Shown one piece after another: positions 27,528 through 37,392 of a DNA stretch of 54,598 bases. The notes under the pieces are model-generated. The model did no database searches and was not told the DNA's origin. It saw nothing but the letters and a program-made list of their open reading frames with translations. The stretch spans positions 1 to 54,598 of the forward strand of contig JARKSN010000312.1 of the NCBI GenBank assembly GCA_029974275.1. Direction: 5' to 3'. Origin of the DNA: Candidatus Hydrogenedentota bacterium. GTDB taxonomy: Bacteria > Hydrogenedentota > Hydrogenedentia > Hydrogenedentales > SLHB01. Each line of letters begins with the position of its first letter. Position 1 is the first letter of the stretch. Made by a program: the position numbers and the translations under genes.

Positions 27528-28196
27528 TCAACAGCGCGATTCGGGAAAATAGTGGGCTTCGATCAGCGCGCAGAAGGTGTGGTACAGCACGACGTGCGAC
27601 TCCTGAACCACCTTGGTGCTGTCGCCGGGGGCTTTGATGGCGATGTCGGCGAACTCGGCCATGCGCCCGCCCTTGGGGCCGGTCAAGGAAACGGCTGTCG
27701 CGCCGATGGCCTTGGCGAGGCTGAGCGCCATGAGGCAGTTCGCGGCGTTGCCGGAGGTACTGATGCCGAGAACGATGTCGCCGGGTTTGGCCAGCGCAAA
27801 GACCTCTTGCGCGAAGGAGATGTCGCGCAGGGGCACGTCGTTCTCGACGGCGGTGTTGAGCGAGCCGTTGAAACCGATCGAGATTGCGGACAAGCCTGCC
27901 TCAAGATTCGCGGCGAGTTCCACCCCCATCGGCAACGATTGCAGTCGTTCCGCAATCTTCGGGTCGACAGGACGCTTGCGCTCGAAGCTCTTGCAGAGTT
28001 CGCCGGCGATATGCATCGCGTCGGCGTTACTGCCGCCGTTGCCGCAGAGCAACAACGTGCCGCCGTTGTCGTAACAACGGACCAACGCCGCGTGCAACGA
28101 CAACAGCGCAGGCACACAGTCCTTCAAATCGGGACGACGCGCCAGCATAGCATCCAGGACTTCTTGTTCCACCGCGTTCAGCGTAACATCGGCCAT
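27528..28196 (-). CDS. gmhA: SIS-domain sedoheptulose-7-phosphate isomerase (GmhA-like)
   Basis: LLLCGNGGSNADAMHIAGEL, TAVEND, GISTSGNAAN, LTGPKGG, VQESH. Confidence 0.8.
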   Translation of the reverse strand: MADVTLNAVEQEVLDAMLARRPDLKDCVPALLSLHAALVRCYDNGGTLLLCGNGGSNADAMHIAGELCKSFERKRPVDPKIAERLQSLPMGVELAANLEAGLSAISIGFNGSLNTAVENDVPLRDISFAQEVFALAKPGDIVLGISTSGNAANCLMALSLAKAIGATAVSLTGPKGGRMAEFADIAIKAPGDSTKVVQESHVVLYHTFCALIEAHYFPESRC

Positions 28197-28199
28197 GAC

Positions 28200-29306
28200 T
28201 TAGTTCCCTTCCAGACCGTGCAACAGCGCCAACAGGAAATCGCGGTTGTCCGACGACAAGTACCGCATCGTGCCGCCCATACGCGCGAAGGTCTTATTGT
28301 AGCGCAAGTAGTAATCGGGGTTGTCCATCGGCGGCTCGCCCTTGGTCCAGTCCCAATGCGATTTTGCGAGGTCGACGATCAGCATGTAGTGATTGTCGAT
28401 GTGTTTGCCCTGCTGAATCCAAAGGTTTTGCGACATCGACAGGGATTTTTCGAAAATCATCGGCGACATCACCGCGGAACCGATGGACATGTATACGCCG
28501 CCTTCGAGGCCCGATACGTTCTGTGCGAACGCGAGGAAATCACGTTGTGCCGCGCGACCAATCGCCGGGCAATGGTTCATCGGGTGGACGTAGATGATGT
28601 CGTGACCGATCATTGGGTGGCCCGTGAACGGCACGCCCAATCGATACGCCGCCGATTGCAGGCCGAAGCGCTTGAACGGGTGTGGCACGGACAACCAGCC
28701 GGGATTGAGGTCAAAGCGGCGAATGATCGCGATGAGGTCCGCCGCTGCCGCCGCACGTTCCGGATCCGTCGCGAGCGAATCGTTGATGACTCCGCGCAAT
28801 TCGTCCTCGGAGGGGATCATGAGCCCTTCCTTCTCCACAAACGCGCCGACGGACTCGCCATAGCCGAGACCCTCGTACGCGCCAACAACGATCGCGAGGT
28901 TGATGTTGAAGCCGGTCTCTTGCCACACGCCGAACTGCCCCTGCGTGACATTCGCGCGCACGTCTTCACTGCTATGTCCTTGGAACGCAAACTCCCAATC
29001 GTGAATGATGCCCGCGCCGTTCGTGGCGAGGTGCGTGATCCATCCACTCTCGATCAGCTTGATGAACACCGGGCTCAAGCAGTTCTTGATGCTGTGTGCG
29101 CCGAAGGTCAACATACGCGGCTTGCCCGCTTCGCGCGCCGCCTTGATCCGTGCGATGGTCTCATCGAGCACGTCCTTCGCCATATCCGAAAACTCCGGCG
29201 CAGGCGTCTCCGGCGCGATGAATTCCTTCTCGATATACACCTTGTCCTTGCGATCGGACAGCGGCTTGATGTTCAGTTTCATGCGGTCCAGTTGTTCAAA
29301 CGGCAT
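28200..29306 (-). CDS. Conserved hypothetical protein, deoxyhypusine-synthase-like fold suspected
   Basis: TFGAHSIK, ITHLATNGAGIIHDWE, SEDV, GLGYGE, IGHDII, IGSAVMSPMIFEKSLS; 3 nt from the gmhA-like gene. Confidence 0.7.
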   Translation of the reverse strand: MPFEQLDRMKLNIKPLSDRKDKVYIEKEFIAPETPAPEFSDMAKDVLDETIARIKAAREAGKPRMLTFGAHSIKNCLSPVFIKLIESGWITHLATNGAGIIHDWEFAFQGHSSEDVRANVTQGQFGVWQETGFNINLAIVVGAYEGLGYGESVGAFVEKEGLMIPSEDELRGVINDSLATDPERAAAAADLIAIIRRFDLNPGWLSVPHPFKRFGLQSAAYRLGVPFTGHPMIGHDIIYVHPMNHCPAIGRAAQRDFLAFAQNVSGLEGGVYMSIGSAVMSPMIFEKSLSMSQNLWIQQGKHIDNHYMLIVDLAKSHWDWTKGEPPMDNPDYYLRYNKTFARMGGTMRYLSSDNRDFLLALLHGLEGN

Positions 29307-29334
29307 ATCAAAACTCCTTCACGTTACTCTATGT

Positions 29335-30306
29335 CTAGCGGCTCAATTCTTGGCATACGATGTCATCGAGGACAGCGCGAACATCATCCAGGGACAGAAC
29401 TTCAACTTTCCACGGGCCGGGACACTCAGCGATTCTCTTGCGTATACGGTCGCGATCTCCATTGCTAGTTACCAACAGCATTATCGTCATGTCTTTCAAG
29501 AATAGTTGGATAGCCTTCAGTGTTTGTGCATTCATAGAGAACAAGCCAAGGTCAGCCCTCTCCGGAACAGAGTTAAATCTGGCGACAATTATGTTCTCCA
29601 ACTTCTTCAACCGCCACAGAACCACTTCTGGGCGAAGAAAAGTAAAATTCCCAAAATAAGAATAGCGCATGCCATCGAAAGTTGCCAGAAGACTAAAGCC
29701 CAAAGGCTTGCCCAACTCGTAAAGGTTCGTATCGCCCTCATTGTTTAGGGGCAATACCATCAAGTCTCGAGATAGCAAGAAAATCTCCAGTATCTGGTCT
29801 CCGCTAAAGATAGAACCGTCGTCGGTTTGTGTCGTTTCCTTGATTGCTAAATCGATAGCCTTTGCAGCTTTGTCTTCGAAGGAGTTCTGATCGTATTTCA
29901 CGGTATCGAGAGGCGCAAAATTAAAAGGAAGCTCTTGCGACTCACGCTGAAACGGGATCACGTATTTGTTGAATCCAAGCATCAACCCATACTCCATATT
30001 TACATTCGCATTGGGCATCTCTGCATTTTCTTTGACATCGTGATTCGCAAGTACAATACAAAACTGAGACGTGATGATCTTCGAGCAAATCTTGCTGCAA
30101 AAAGCAAACTGTCCCGGAGCCGATGTTTCACTTGCTTCGATAGCTTCTATCCCTCTCTTCTCCAGAAGATTCTTGATGATCCTCATTTCAAGAGGGCTTT
30201 CCCTAAAGCCATACGCGATAAAGCAAGAACGTGTTGAAGAGAACACAAAATCACACCGAGGTGAACCGACCACACAAAACTCATTACGTCGCATTCGTTT
30301 ATCCAT
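29335..30306 (-). CDS. AT-richer hypothetical protein with a nucleoside 2-deoxyribosyltransferase/TIR-like domain
   Basis: ATG at 30306 with GGAGG RBS; SCFIAYGF...KICSKIITSQFCIV...NANVNMEYGLMLGFNKYVIP...LPFNF fits the NPNV.YELG...LPFD pattern; codon usage differs from neighbours. Confidence 0.7.
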   Translation of the reverse strand: MDKRMRRNEFCVVGSPRCDFVFSSTRSCFIAYGFRESPLEMRIIKNLLEKRGIEAIEASETSAPGQFAFCSKICSKIITSQFCIVLANHDVKENAEMPNANVNMEYGLMLGFNKYVIPFQRESQELPFNFAPLDTVKYDQNSFEDKAAKAIDLAIKETTQTDDGSIFSGDQILEIFLLSRDLMVLPLNNEGDTNLYELGKPLGFSLLATFDGMRYSYFGNFTFLRPEVVLWRLKKLENIIVARFNSVPERADLGLFSMNAQTLKAIQLFLKDMTIMLLVTSNGDRDRIRKRIAECPGPWKVEVLSLDDVRAVLDDIVCQELSR

Positions 30307-30385
30307 CGTGGCCTCCAATCCAACACGATCTGCTTATCGAATCGCGTGTTTGATGTGTTGTCCTCATTAAGATTGCCGTGTTTCG

Positions 30386-30615
30386 GAGCCCCGATAGGGG
30401 CGTTCGAATATAGCCCCGGGTGGAGCGAAACGGCAACGCCGTGAAGCGCAACCCGGGGGTAATGGCCCCTTCTGTATCAACCCTCGAAGAGGGTGTTAGA
30501 AATCAAGCGTAGCGATTCTAACACCCTCTTCGAGGGTTACCGAAAACACATTCCTGATCCCCGGGTTCCGTTTCGCTCCACCCGGGGCTATATTCGAACG
30601 CCCCTATCGGGGCTC
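30386..30615. repeat. Nested palindromic REP/MITE-like element (230 bp)
   Basis: Perfect 48-bp inverted repeat (30386-30433 / 30568-30615) enclosing a perfect 23-bp inverted repeat (30479-30501 / 30516-30538); arms contain mini-hairpins GCCCC-GATA-GGGGC and ACCCTC-GAA-GAGGGT. Confidence 0.9.
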
Positions 30616-30652
30616 AATATACCGGCGCATTGTCTCGGTGTTTTTTGCGTTC

Positions 30653-33436
30653 CTACTCGAACTCGATCGTGACAATCTTCTTTTTGCCGACAGCGACTTT
30701 GATTTCTTTCGTGACGGGCTTGATCTCTTTCTGCCGGTCTTCGTTCAGGTTGGTGAACCAGGCGCGCTTGGGCTTCTTGTGGAGCACGATGGAGCCGTTC
30801 ACTGTTTTGTCGGTCGGGTTGAAGACGCGGACGATATACGAGTTCGGGCGGTCTTCCGCGCGTTTGAGTGCGGAGATCTGGAGGTTGTTGCCTTTCACCT
30901 CGACAAAGCTCATGGCCTTGGGCAGCGTGCCTTTGTGCGGGCCGGCCTGTGCGGCTTCGAGCGGCACGTTGAGGTCTTCGGCCTCATTGAATACGCCGTT
31001 GGTCCAGTCGCCGGTGTGGGGGTAGATCGCATAGGTCCACTCATGCTGGCCGATGCACTGCGCGAGTTCCATCTCGGGGTAGACTTCCCAACGCCCAAAG
31101 ATCGGGCAGTTGCGGTAGGTGAACGCGCGCAGCAACGTGATCGCCAGCGAACGTTCGACGTTGTCCATCGCCTCGTACTCGCGGATGCCGGTGTTCAGCA
31201 CGGCAAAGCCCATCTTCTTGTCGTGCATGTCGACGAAGCGGTACATCGGGTACTGCGGGTTCGGGCGTCCGTAGTAGGCGTTGCCCTTCTTCACGGTGAT
31301 GTCGCGCGACACGACGTCGAACGCGACCTCCGCCTCGCTGGTCTCGGCCTTCAGGCGCGTGGGGAACACGACGCGCAGACGGTGGTTGCGGCAGGTGTTG
31401 TCGAAGGAGGTCGTGACGTCCAGGCGTTTCGACCCCGCGCGCAAGGTGAAGCGGCTGGTGACGACGATTTCCGTGCGTTGCTTCCTGCGTCGCGTGTGGT
31501 TCATTTCGGATTCGCGGAACTGCCCTGTGAGTTCGTCCTCGATGCCCACGGGGACCTGCATGTGGTAATCGACGCGCATGCGCGCGAACAGCGGACCGAA
31601 TTCCTCGAGGGTAATCGCGCAGGGCAGACCGTGCGAGGTGATCGTCTCGTTCTCGTCCGGCTCCATGTGCACCCACGAATGACCGGTCTCGCCGGTATCT
31701 TCGAGGTAATGCAGGCCGGAGAAGGTGTGGCCGTTCGCCTTGTGCGTCATGTCGAGCGTGCCGTCGCTATTGAACTTCACACGCAGGTGTTCGTTTTCGA
31801 GGACGTTCGTCTCGGGCGCGAGGGTGCCCGGCACGTACGCGAACGCGTTCTCGCGCACGATGTGGTAGGTCTTGTAGCCGAACGCGGGGATGTTGTCCAC
31901 TTCGATGTGGCACTGCACGCGCTCGGACGGCATCTCGATGGAGATGTCCTGCAAATTGCGGATGAGCGTGGCCCACTTGAACTGCTGCTTGCGCTGGATG
32001 CGCCCGACCTTCTTGCCGTCGGGCGTGCGGATCGAGAACGCCTCGTAGCCCATGTTCTGCGGCATGTCGACGTAGCACGAGATGACGCCGTTACGCGGAA
32101 ACGCGCAGCCGTTGAACACGGTGAGTACCGAGTCCTTCGCGTCGAGATCGCTGTTGTCGATGTTGATTTGCACGGACGCCATGCCGCGCCGCGCGAGGCC
32201 TTCGCTGATGATGTCGACCTGGTCGTAGCGGAAGAGCGAGTCCTTCTCCATCTGATCGATGCCCGCGCCGGTGATGGTGTCGTGCGGGTGGTTCTGCAAC
32301 AGCATCTTCCACGCGCGGTCAATGGCGCTCTTGATGTATTCGCCGCCGAGCATCGAACCGATTGCGCTCCACGGCTCGGCCCAACGTTGCAGGTTCAGTT
32401 CCGCGCGGTGGTTGGCGCGCTTCAGCCGTGTGCGCGCGCTGATGACGTCGCCGAAGAGGTGCGTCCACTTGCCCGTCGAACCGGGGTCGCGGCTTTCGCC
32501 TTTGAGCAAGGTTGGGTTCTTGACCTCCTTGCGCATCGCCTCCATGTACTCGCCGAGGGTCGAGAACTTGATGTCGTGCTCGGGCAAGAGCTTCTGGCAC
32601 AGCGCCATGATCTCCGATTCCTTGGGATCGGGATTGGAGGTGTCGAAGCCTTGCATTGAGCAAATCTGACTCGTGGAGAAATGCTCGGATTCATCTTTAA
32701 CCAGCTTTAACAACTGTTCGCGGATCGGCGCGTCGTTCCACTGCTTCTTTGAATCGTCGAGCACGTAGTAATGCGCGCGCGGGTTGCGGTCCGTGGCCAA
32801 ACGGAACGGCGCCGCGCCGCGGTCCCAGTCGTAGCGCGCGAAGACGTCGTCCGAACCGTAGCGCAACACGCGATAGATGTAGACATAGTAGCTGAACCGA
32901 CTCATGCAACCGAACCGCATGCCGAGCAGGCGCGAGCCGTCGGCGCCTTCCCATTCATACTCACAGTTCGGCGTGTTGATGCCGCGATAGAAGATGATTG
33001 TGTCGATGTCGAAGCCTTTATAGATCTGCGGCATCTGCGAGGTCTGGCCGTAGCCGAAAGGCGTGTAGCCGACCTTTGCGACCTTGCCGTAGGCCTCGCT
33101 CACGCGATGGCCGACAAGCAGGTTGCGGGTGATGGACTCCGCGTTGACGAGGTATTCCTCCGGCAGGCTGTACCACGGTCCGATGATGAGGCGGCCTGCT
33201 TTGACATGTTTTTCGACCGTCACGCGCTTTTCCGGGCGCAGCTCGAGATAATCTTCGACACACAGGACCTGCGAGTCCATCGTAAACGACGTGAATTTCG
33301 GGTCCGTGTCGAGCAGGTTCAGGAGTTCATCCATGAACTTCAGCAGCAGCAGCCGCGTTTCCTCGAACGGATAGCCCCATTCGCGGTCCCAGTGAGAATT
33401 CGACACAACATGAATGGTCTTGCGCTTCGACGCCAT
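30653..33436 (-). CDS. Glycoside hydrolase family 38 alpha-mannosidase (MngB-like)
   Basis: IHVVSNSHWDREW, GRLIIGPWY, ESITRNLL, PFGYGQTSQMPQI, WEGADGS, NHPHDTITG, LENEHLRV. Confidence 0.92.
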   Translation of the reverse strand: MASKRKTIHVVSNSHWDREWGYPFEETRLLLLKFMDELLNLLDTDPKFTSFTMDSQVLCVEDYLELRPEKRVTVEKHVKAGRLIIGPWYSLPEEYLVNAESITRNLLVGHRVSEAYGKVAKVGYTPFGYGQTSQMPQIYKGFDIDTIIFYRGINTPNCEYEWEGADGSRLLGMRFGCMSRFSYYVYIYRVLRYGSDDVFARYDWDRGAAPFRLATDRNPRAHYYVLDDSKKQWNDAPIREQLLKLVKDESEHFSTSQICSMQGFDTSNPDPKESEIMALCQKLLPEHDIKFSTLGEYMEAMRKEVKNPTLLKGESRDPGSTGKWTHLFGDVISARTRLKRANHRAELNLQRWAEPWSAIGSMLGGEYIKSAIDRAWKMLLQNHPHDTITGAGIDQMEKDSLFRYDQVDIISEGLARRGMASVQINIDNSDLDAKDSVLTVFNGCAFPRNGVISCYVDMPQNMGYEAFSIRTPDGKKVGRIQRKQQFKWATLIRNLQDISIEMPSERVQCHIEVDNIPAFGYKTYHIVRENAFAYVPGTLAPETNVLENEHLRVKFNSDGTLDMTHKANGHTFSGLHYLEDTGETGHSWVHMEPDENETITSHGLPCAITLEEFGPLFARMRVDYHMQVPVGIEDELTGQFRESEMNHTRRRKQRTEIVVTSRFTLRAGSKRLDVTTSFDNTCRNHRLRVVFPTRLKAETSEAEVAFDVVSRDITVKKGNAYYGRPNPQYPMYRFVDMHDKKMGFAVLNTGIREYEAMDNVERSLAITLLRAFTYRNCPIFGRWEVYPEMELAQCIGQHEWTYAIYPHTGDWTNGVFNEAEDLNVPLEAAQAGPHKGTLPKAMSFVEVKGNNLQISALKRAEDRPNSYIVRVFNPTDKTVNGSIVLHKKPKRAWFTNLNEDRQKEIKPVTKEIKVAVGKKKIVTIEFE

Positions 33437-33677
33437 AATAGGCACTCCCCGTTACGACTCACCTTGCTCCGGGAAAGAAGTTCCCGCGAGAAACATCTTC
33501 ACGGCATCCGCGTTCGTGCGTGATCCTATTCACGAACATGCCGCCGGACTCGATGCGCATCCTACAGCACGCTGCAGCCACGCATCTTCCAGAAAGGCGG
33601 ATTCTACCACCCGAAGGAAAAGATGTAAAAATGCGGGCGCCGACGGCCGAGAACGAAGCTCCTGACAACGCGTTCTT

Positions 33678-34580
33678 CTACGATGCGGCGCTTGCGGTCT
33701 CTTCCTTATCGATAAAAAAGGGCTGGGTCCAGGCCATGGACTCGCCGCGCCCAAAACATTCAAAACGAACGTACGTCATGTCGACGGCAAACTCATCCGG
33801 AACTCGGAAAGTCGCCGCCGGGCCCTCGAAAGTCTGCGCGCGCCACCCCCAATTCGTGATCGCCGCAATGCTATCCGCGTTTCGCGTCTCGACAGCGATA
33901 TGGCGGCCATGAACGCCTATCGACGTTATCGTCACGCCGGTGCTCGCATAACAACGCCCCTCCCGCAACGCAGCCACAATGCTCTCCGGATCGCGATCCA
34001 TCGATTGGGCCACGTTCCACGCCACGCCAAAATCCGATCGCTCGTGACAATCGTCGTTCGCGTATCCCCAACAATGCCGTCCGCCGCTGAGCATGCGGTC
34101 CCACCGGTCCGTCGTCAGAGGATTGCCATCGGCCCGCCGCACAACGCCGTTGTAAATCTCGATTCCATCATACCGCTGGAGAGATTCCAATCGCTCGATG
34201 GGACAATGATTGAAATGCCGCTCCCACGCAGGATGATTGAGGATCGCGACCCCGTTTTCGGCCCGTATCGCATCGATGACTTTTTGTCGATCGCGATCGG
34301 GAGGAATGCACGTCTTCGCGCCGACATGCAGCAGATGAGGCCCGTATTCGGTGATCTCGTTTCCGGGAATCAACGTCATGCCGCGCGAATCAAGACCTTT
34401 GACGTCGGTCAGCATGTCGTGATCGCTCAACACCAGGAAATCGTAGCCGCGCGCCGCATAGGCGTCGACGGTTTCCTGGGGCGAAAGGCAGCCGTCGCTC
34501 AACAAAGTATGGGCATGAAGATTGCCCCGCAGCCAAGAGGAGACATCGTTTCGGTAAGACGTGCGAACCGTAATGTTCAT
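33678..34580 (-). CDS. PHP-domain metallohydrolase (CehA/McbA-like)
   Basis: WLRGNLHAHTLLSDG, YDFLVLSDHD, LNHP, IEIYN, NDDCH, ALREGRCYAS. Confidence 0.88.
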   Translation of the reverse strand: MNITVRTSYRNDVSSWLRGNLHAHTLLSDGCLSPQETVDAYAARGYDFLVLSDHDMLTDVKGLDSRGMTLIPGNEITEYGPHLLHVGAKTCIPPDRDRQKVIDAIRAENGVAILNHPAWERHFNHCPIERLESLQRYDGIEIYNGVVRRADGNPLTTDRWDRMLSGGRHCWGYANDDCHERSDFGVAWNVAQSMDRDPESIVAALREGRCYASTGVTITSIGVHGRHIAVETRNADSIAAITNWGWRAQTFEGPAATFRVPDEFAVDMTYVRFECFGRGESMAWTQPFFIDKEETASAAS

Positions 34581-34826
34581 CGGAGTCCTTTCCGCGGGAT
34601 CGCCCGTTTGGACGTCCCAAAAACCAGACAATATGCATCCGAATCTGAATATTCGCTCGGAAAAAGGCGCGGCATGCGCGCAGACAATCCACGAGCATAG
34701 CCAACCCGCTCTCTGCGAGCAAATCCGAATCCGCGAAAAAATGGCGGCAGGGTCCTGTCGAAAAGCTCGGCGCGAGAACGCCCCAGGGGAGGCAGGATGA
34801 TGCGCCGGGTTCTTTTTCCAAACGCC

Positions 34827-35891
34827 CTAGAACCGAAGATCCCGAAGCCGGTCGAGGTAATAGCGGTACTGATCGAGCGGCGTGTCGGGCGTGATCAAGT
34901 GATCGGGCAGCGGAATGTAGCCGCCGTCCGCCATGAGCGGCTTGCGCCGTTCGATTTCCGCATCTATCGCCTCGCGCCCCCGCTCAAGGACAAGCTTGTC
35001 GATACCGCCGATAATCCGCAAGTCCTTTCCAAATTGACGCCGGAATGCCATGGGATCGGCGTTCCATGCGCCAATTTCGAGGGGGAACATGACATTGACG
35101 CCGCAATCAAGCCAGATGGGAAGCAGAAGATCTATGCAACCGTCACAATCCACGAGATAAAGGTCGCAGCCATACGAACGCAATTTCTCCGCTATCTTCC
35201 GGTATCCCGGAGCCATCGCCTGGCGGAAAAGATCGGGGCTGACAAGAGGCCCGGAACGGAAACAGATATCCTCCCATCCCCAGCCGATATCCACTTTCAC
35301 CTTGGGCAGAATCTGGTCCAGATTCCAGCACACGAGATCGGCAATCGCGCCCGCCATCTCGGCAATGAAATCCGGATCCGTGACCGAGGTCATGCAAAAA
35401 TTCTCCACGCCCATCCAATCGCGAAGCCATCCTGCAAGGCTGCCGACGTCGATGGCCAACGGAAGCTCCGTCGCGACAAGCCGGGCAATCACTTCGTCGA
35501 GATCAGGCGGAATGCGATCCGGCGAAGGCTGCAGCCTGCGATGGTATTCGGGCCATGTCGCCCGATCCTTCAACGTGAAATCGACGTAATGCGGCAACGC
35601 AGACCTTCCCTTGAAATGCTGCGCGACAACGCCGTCGGCCTGACGAAAAATGCGGAAGGCATCGGTTTCTTCGAGGACTTCCTCGTCAAAACGCGGCAAG
35701 AGAAAATTGTAACAGGGAATGCCGGGGGGCAACGACTCCACCCCGAAAAAAGCCGCCTGATCGGCGTTTCGCGGCATGCCTTCCCGCTCCCATCGCGCCT
35801 CGGTCTCCGGCCATCCTTTCCAGTGCCACACCGGCATCCGATCAAACGATCCGTAATGCATCACGGAATGAAAAAGCTCTCTGGAATTCAT
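34827..35891 (-). CDS. Uroporphyrinogen decarboxylase superfamily protein (URO-D/MtaA-like)
   Basis: WLRDWMGVEN, WEDICFRSGPLVSP, VDCDG, MFPLEIG, IIGGIDK, GGYIPLPDH. Confidence 0.88.
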   Translation of the reverse strand: MNSRELFHSVMHYGSFDRMPVWHWKGWPETEARWEREGMPRNADQAAFFGVESLPPGIPCYNFLLPRFDEEVLEETDAFRIFRQADGVVAQHFKGRSALPHYVDFTLKDRATWPEYHRRLQPSPDRIPPDLDEVIARLVATELPLAIDVGSLAGWLRDWMGVENFCMTSVTDPDFIAEMAGAIADLVCWNLDQILPKVKVDIGWGWEDICFRSGPLVSPDLFRQAMAPGYRKIAEKLRSYGCDLYLVDCDGCIDLLLPIWLDCGVNVMFPLEIGAWNADPMAFRRQFGKDLRIIGGIDKLVLERGREAIDAEIERRKPLMADGGYIPLPDHLITPDTPLDQYRYYLDRLRDLRF

Positions 35892-35957
35892 GCGCGTTCC
35901 TCTGTACGTTGCTCGCCCGGACACATGCCGGCCCCCCTGCTCCGGGGCTCGGCGCTT

Positions 35958-36521
35958 TCACATCGATCTGCCGATAAGACTCAAAAACTCCATGCGGGTG
36001 GCGTCGTCATTATGAAAACTGCCCAGCACGGACGATGTGGTCATGACGGAATTCTGCTTTTCGACGCCGCGCATCATCATGCAGAGGTGGCGGCATTCCA
36101 TGACCACGCCGACGCCTTCGGCCTGCGTGATCCCCATGATTTCCTTGGCGATCTGCGCCGTCAGCCGTTCTTGAATTTGAAGGCGCCGCGCATAGCCGTC
36201 AACGATGCGCGCGAGCTTGCTCAGCCCCAGCACCTTTTTCTGCGCGATGTAGCCGACATGGCACCGCCCGAAAAAGGGGAGCATGTGGTGCTCGCACATG
36301 CTGTACACCTCAACATCGCGCAGGATGATCATGTTGTTCGCGTGCGACTCAAACACGGCGTCGTTGATGACATCCCGCATGTTCGTCGTGTAGCCGCTCA
36401 TAAGAAATTCATAGGCCGCGGCGACGCGGTCGGGAGTCTTGGCGAGCCCCTCCCGCTCCGGGTCTTCGCCCAATTCCACGAGCAGTGCGCGAATCAATCC
36501 TGCAATGCGTTCCTTGTTCAT
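35958..36521 (-). CDS. folE: GTP cyclohydrolase I
   Basis: [54 protein letters not shown]. Confidence 0.97.
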   Translation of the reverse strand: MNKERIAGLIRALLVELGEDPEREGLAKTPDRVAAAYEFLMSGYTTNMRDVINDAVFESHANNMIILRDVEVYSMCEHHMLPFFGRCHVGYIAQKKVLGLSKLARIVDGYARRLQIQERLTAQIAKEIMGITQAEGVGVVMECRHLCMMMRGVEKQNSVMTTSSVLGSFHNDDATRMEFLSLIGRSM

Positions 36522-37003
36522 TTCGCAAACATCTCCTGCGCCGTTCGGGTGAACAGCTCGTCAATTTCCAGCGGCGCGTCCGAAAAACGTCGAACCACGT
36601 CCGCGATCCGCGCGCCAGTGTCCGCCAATACCAACTCCGGCGCCAAATCATACAGCGCCCTTGCCAAAAAAGCCCGCGCATACACATCCGGATCGACCTG
36701 CTCGCCATACGCCGCAATGTCCAAATCCATCGTGCGCGGCGCATAGGCATCCGCCGTGCGCAAACGCCCCGTCGCATCCTCGATGCGCCGCAACACGTCG
36801 CGCTTGAGCCGTTCGGCCGGCAATTCCGTGTCGAGTGCGCATGCTCCGTTGAGAAACGCCGGATCATCGGGCCTGCCGATCGCGGCGGTTCGATAAAACC
36901 GCGAAACCGCCCGCACCGATGTTTGTTCCGCCAGCAGCCGCAATGCCCGGAGGATGTTCGCCTCGGGCTCTATGTTGGACCCGATAGCAACAAACGCGCG
37001 CAT
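36518..37003 (-). CDS. folK: 6-hydroxymethyl-7,8-dihydropterin pyrophosphokinase
   Basis: [37 protein letters not shown]; overlaps the folE start by 4 nt. Confidence 0.9.
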   Translation of the reverse strand: MRAFVAIGSNIEPEANILRALRLLAEQTSVRAVSRFYRTAAIGRPDDPAFLNGACALDTELPAERLKRDVLRRIEDATGRLRTADAYAPRTMDLDIAAYGEQVDPDVYARAFLARALYDLAPELVLADTGARIADVVRRFSDAPLEIDELFTRTAQEMFAK

Positions 37004-37008
37004 GGATT

Positions 37009-37392
37009 CTACTCCCGGGCGGCGTTTGGCTGCTCGCGCGTTATGCCGATCGCCACGCTTCGGGCAAAACGGAGCGCGCCCGGTTTGTCCACCGACACCT
37101 CGCAGCGGCGCACGCGCGCATCTTCGAGGCAGATGTCCGCGGCGCGTTGGGCCAATCGCTCCACCAGCAAATACGACGATTCCTGCGCCATCGCGAGGAC
37201 GCGTTTCTTGATCGCTTTGTAATCCACGGTGTCGTCGAGCCGATCCGATTGGCATGCCCGGCGAAGATCGACGTGCATCGTGATGTTGAACACCACGTCC
37301 TGCGCGTTATTTCGCTCCTCGGGATTCACGCCGACGACGCAGCGCACCAGCAGATCGCGGATGTGAATACGGTCCAGCGCTTCCTCACTCAT
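37009..37392 (-). CDS. folB: Dihydroneopterin aldolase/epimerase (FolB/FolX family)
   Basis: DRIHIRDL..VGVNPEER, DTVDY, LVERLA, VDKPGALRFARSVAI. Confidence 0.88.
   Translation of the reverse strand: MSEEALDRIHIRDLLVRCVVGVNPEERNNAQDVVFNITMHVDLRRACQSDRLDDTVDYKAIKKRVLAMAQESSYLLVERLAQRAADICLEDARVRRCEVSVDKPGALRFARSVAIGITREQPNAARE

Noticed and set aside
30386..30615. Possible CRISPR array or simple terminator
   Set aside because: The repeats are inverted, not direct with spacers; no cas genes; too long and complex for a plain terminator.
27459..32659. + strand ORFs of 669 and 673 aa
   Set aside because: Mirror frames of the gmhA-like, DHS-like and GH38 genes; no recognisable domains.
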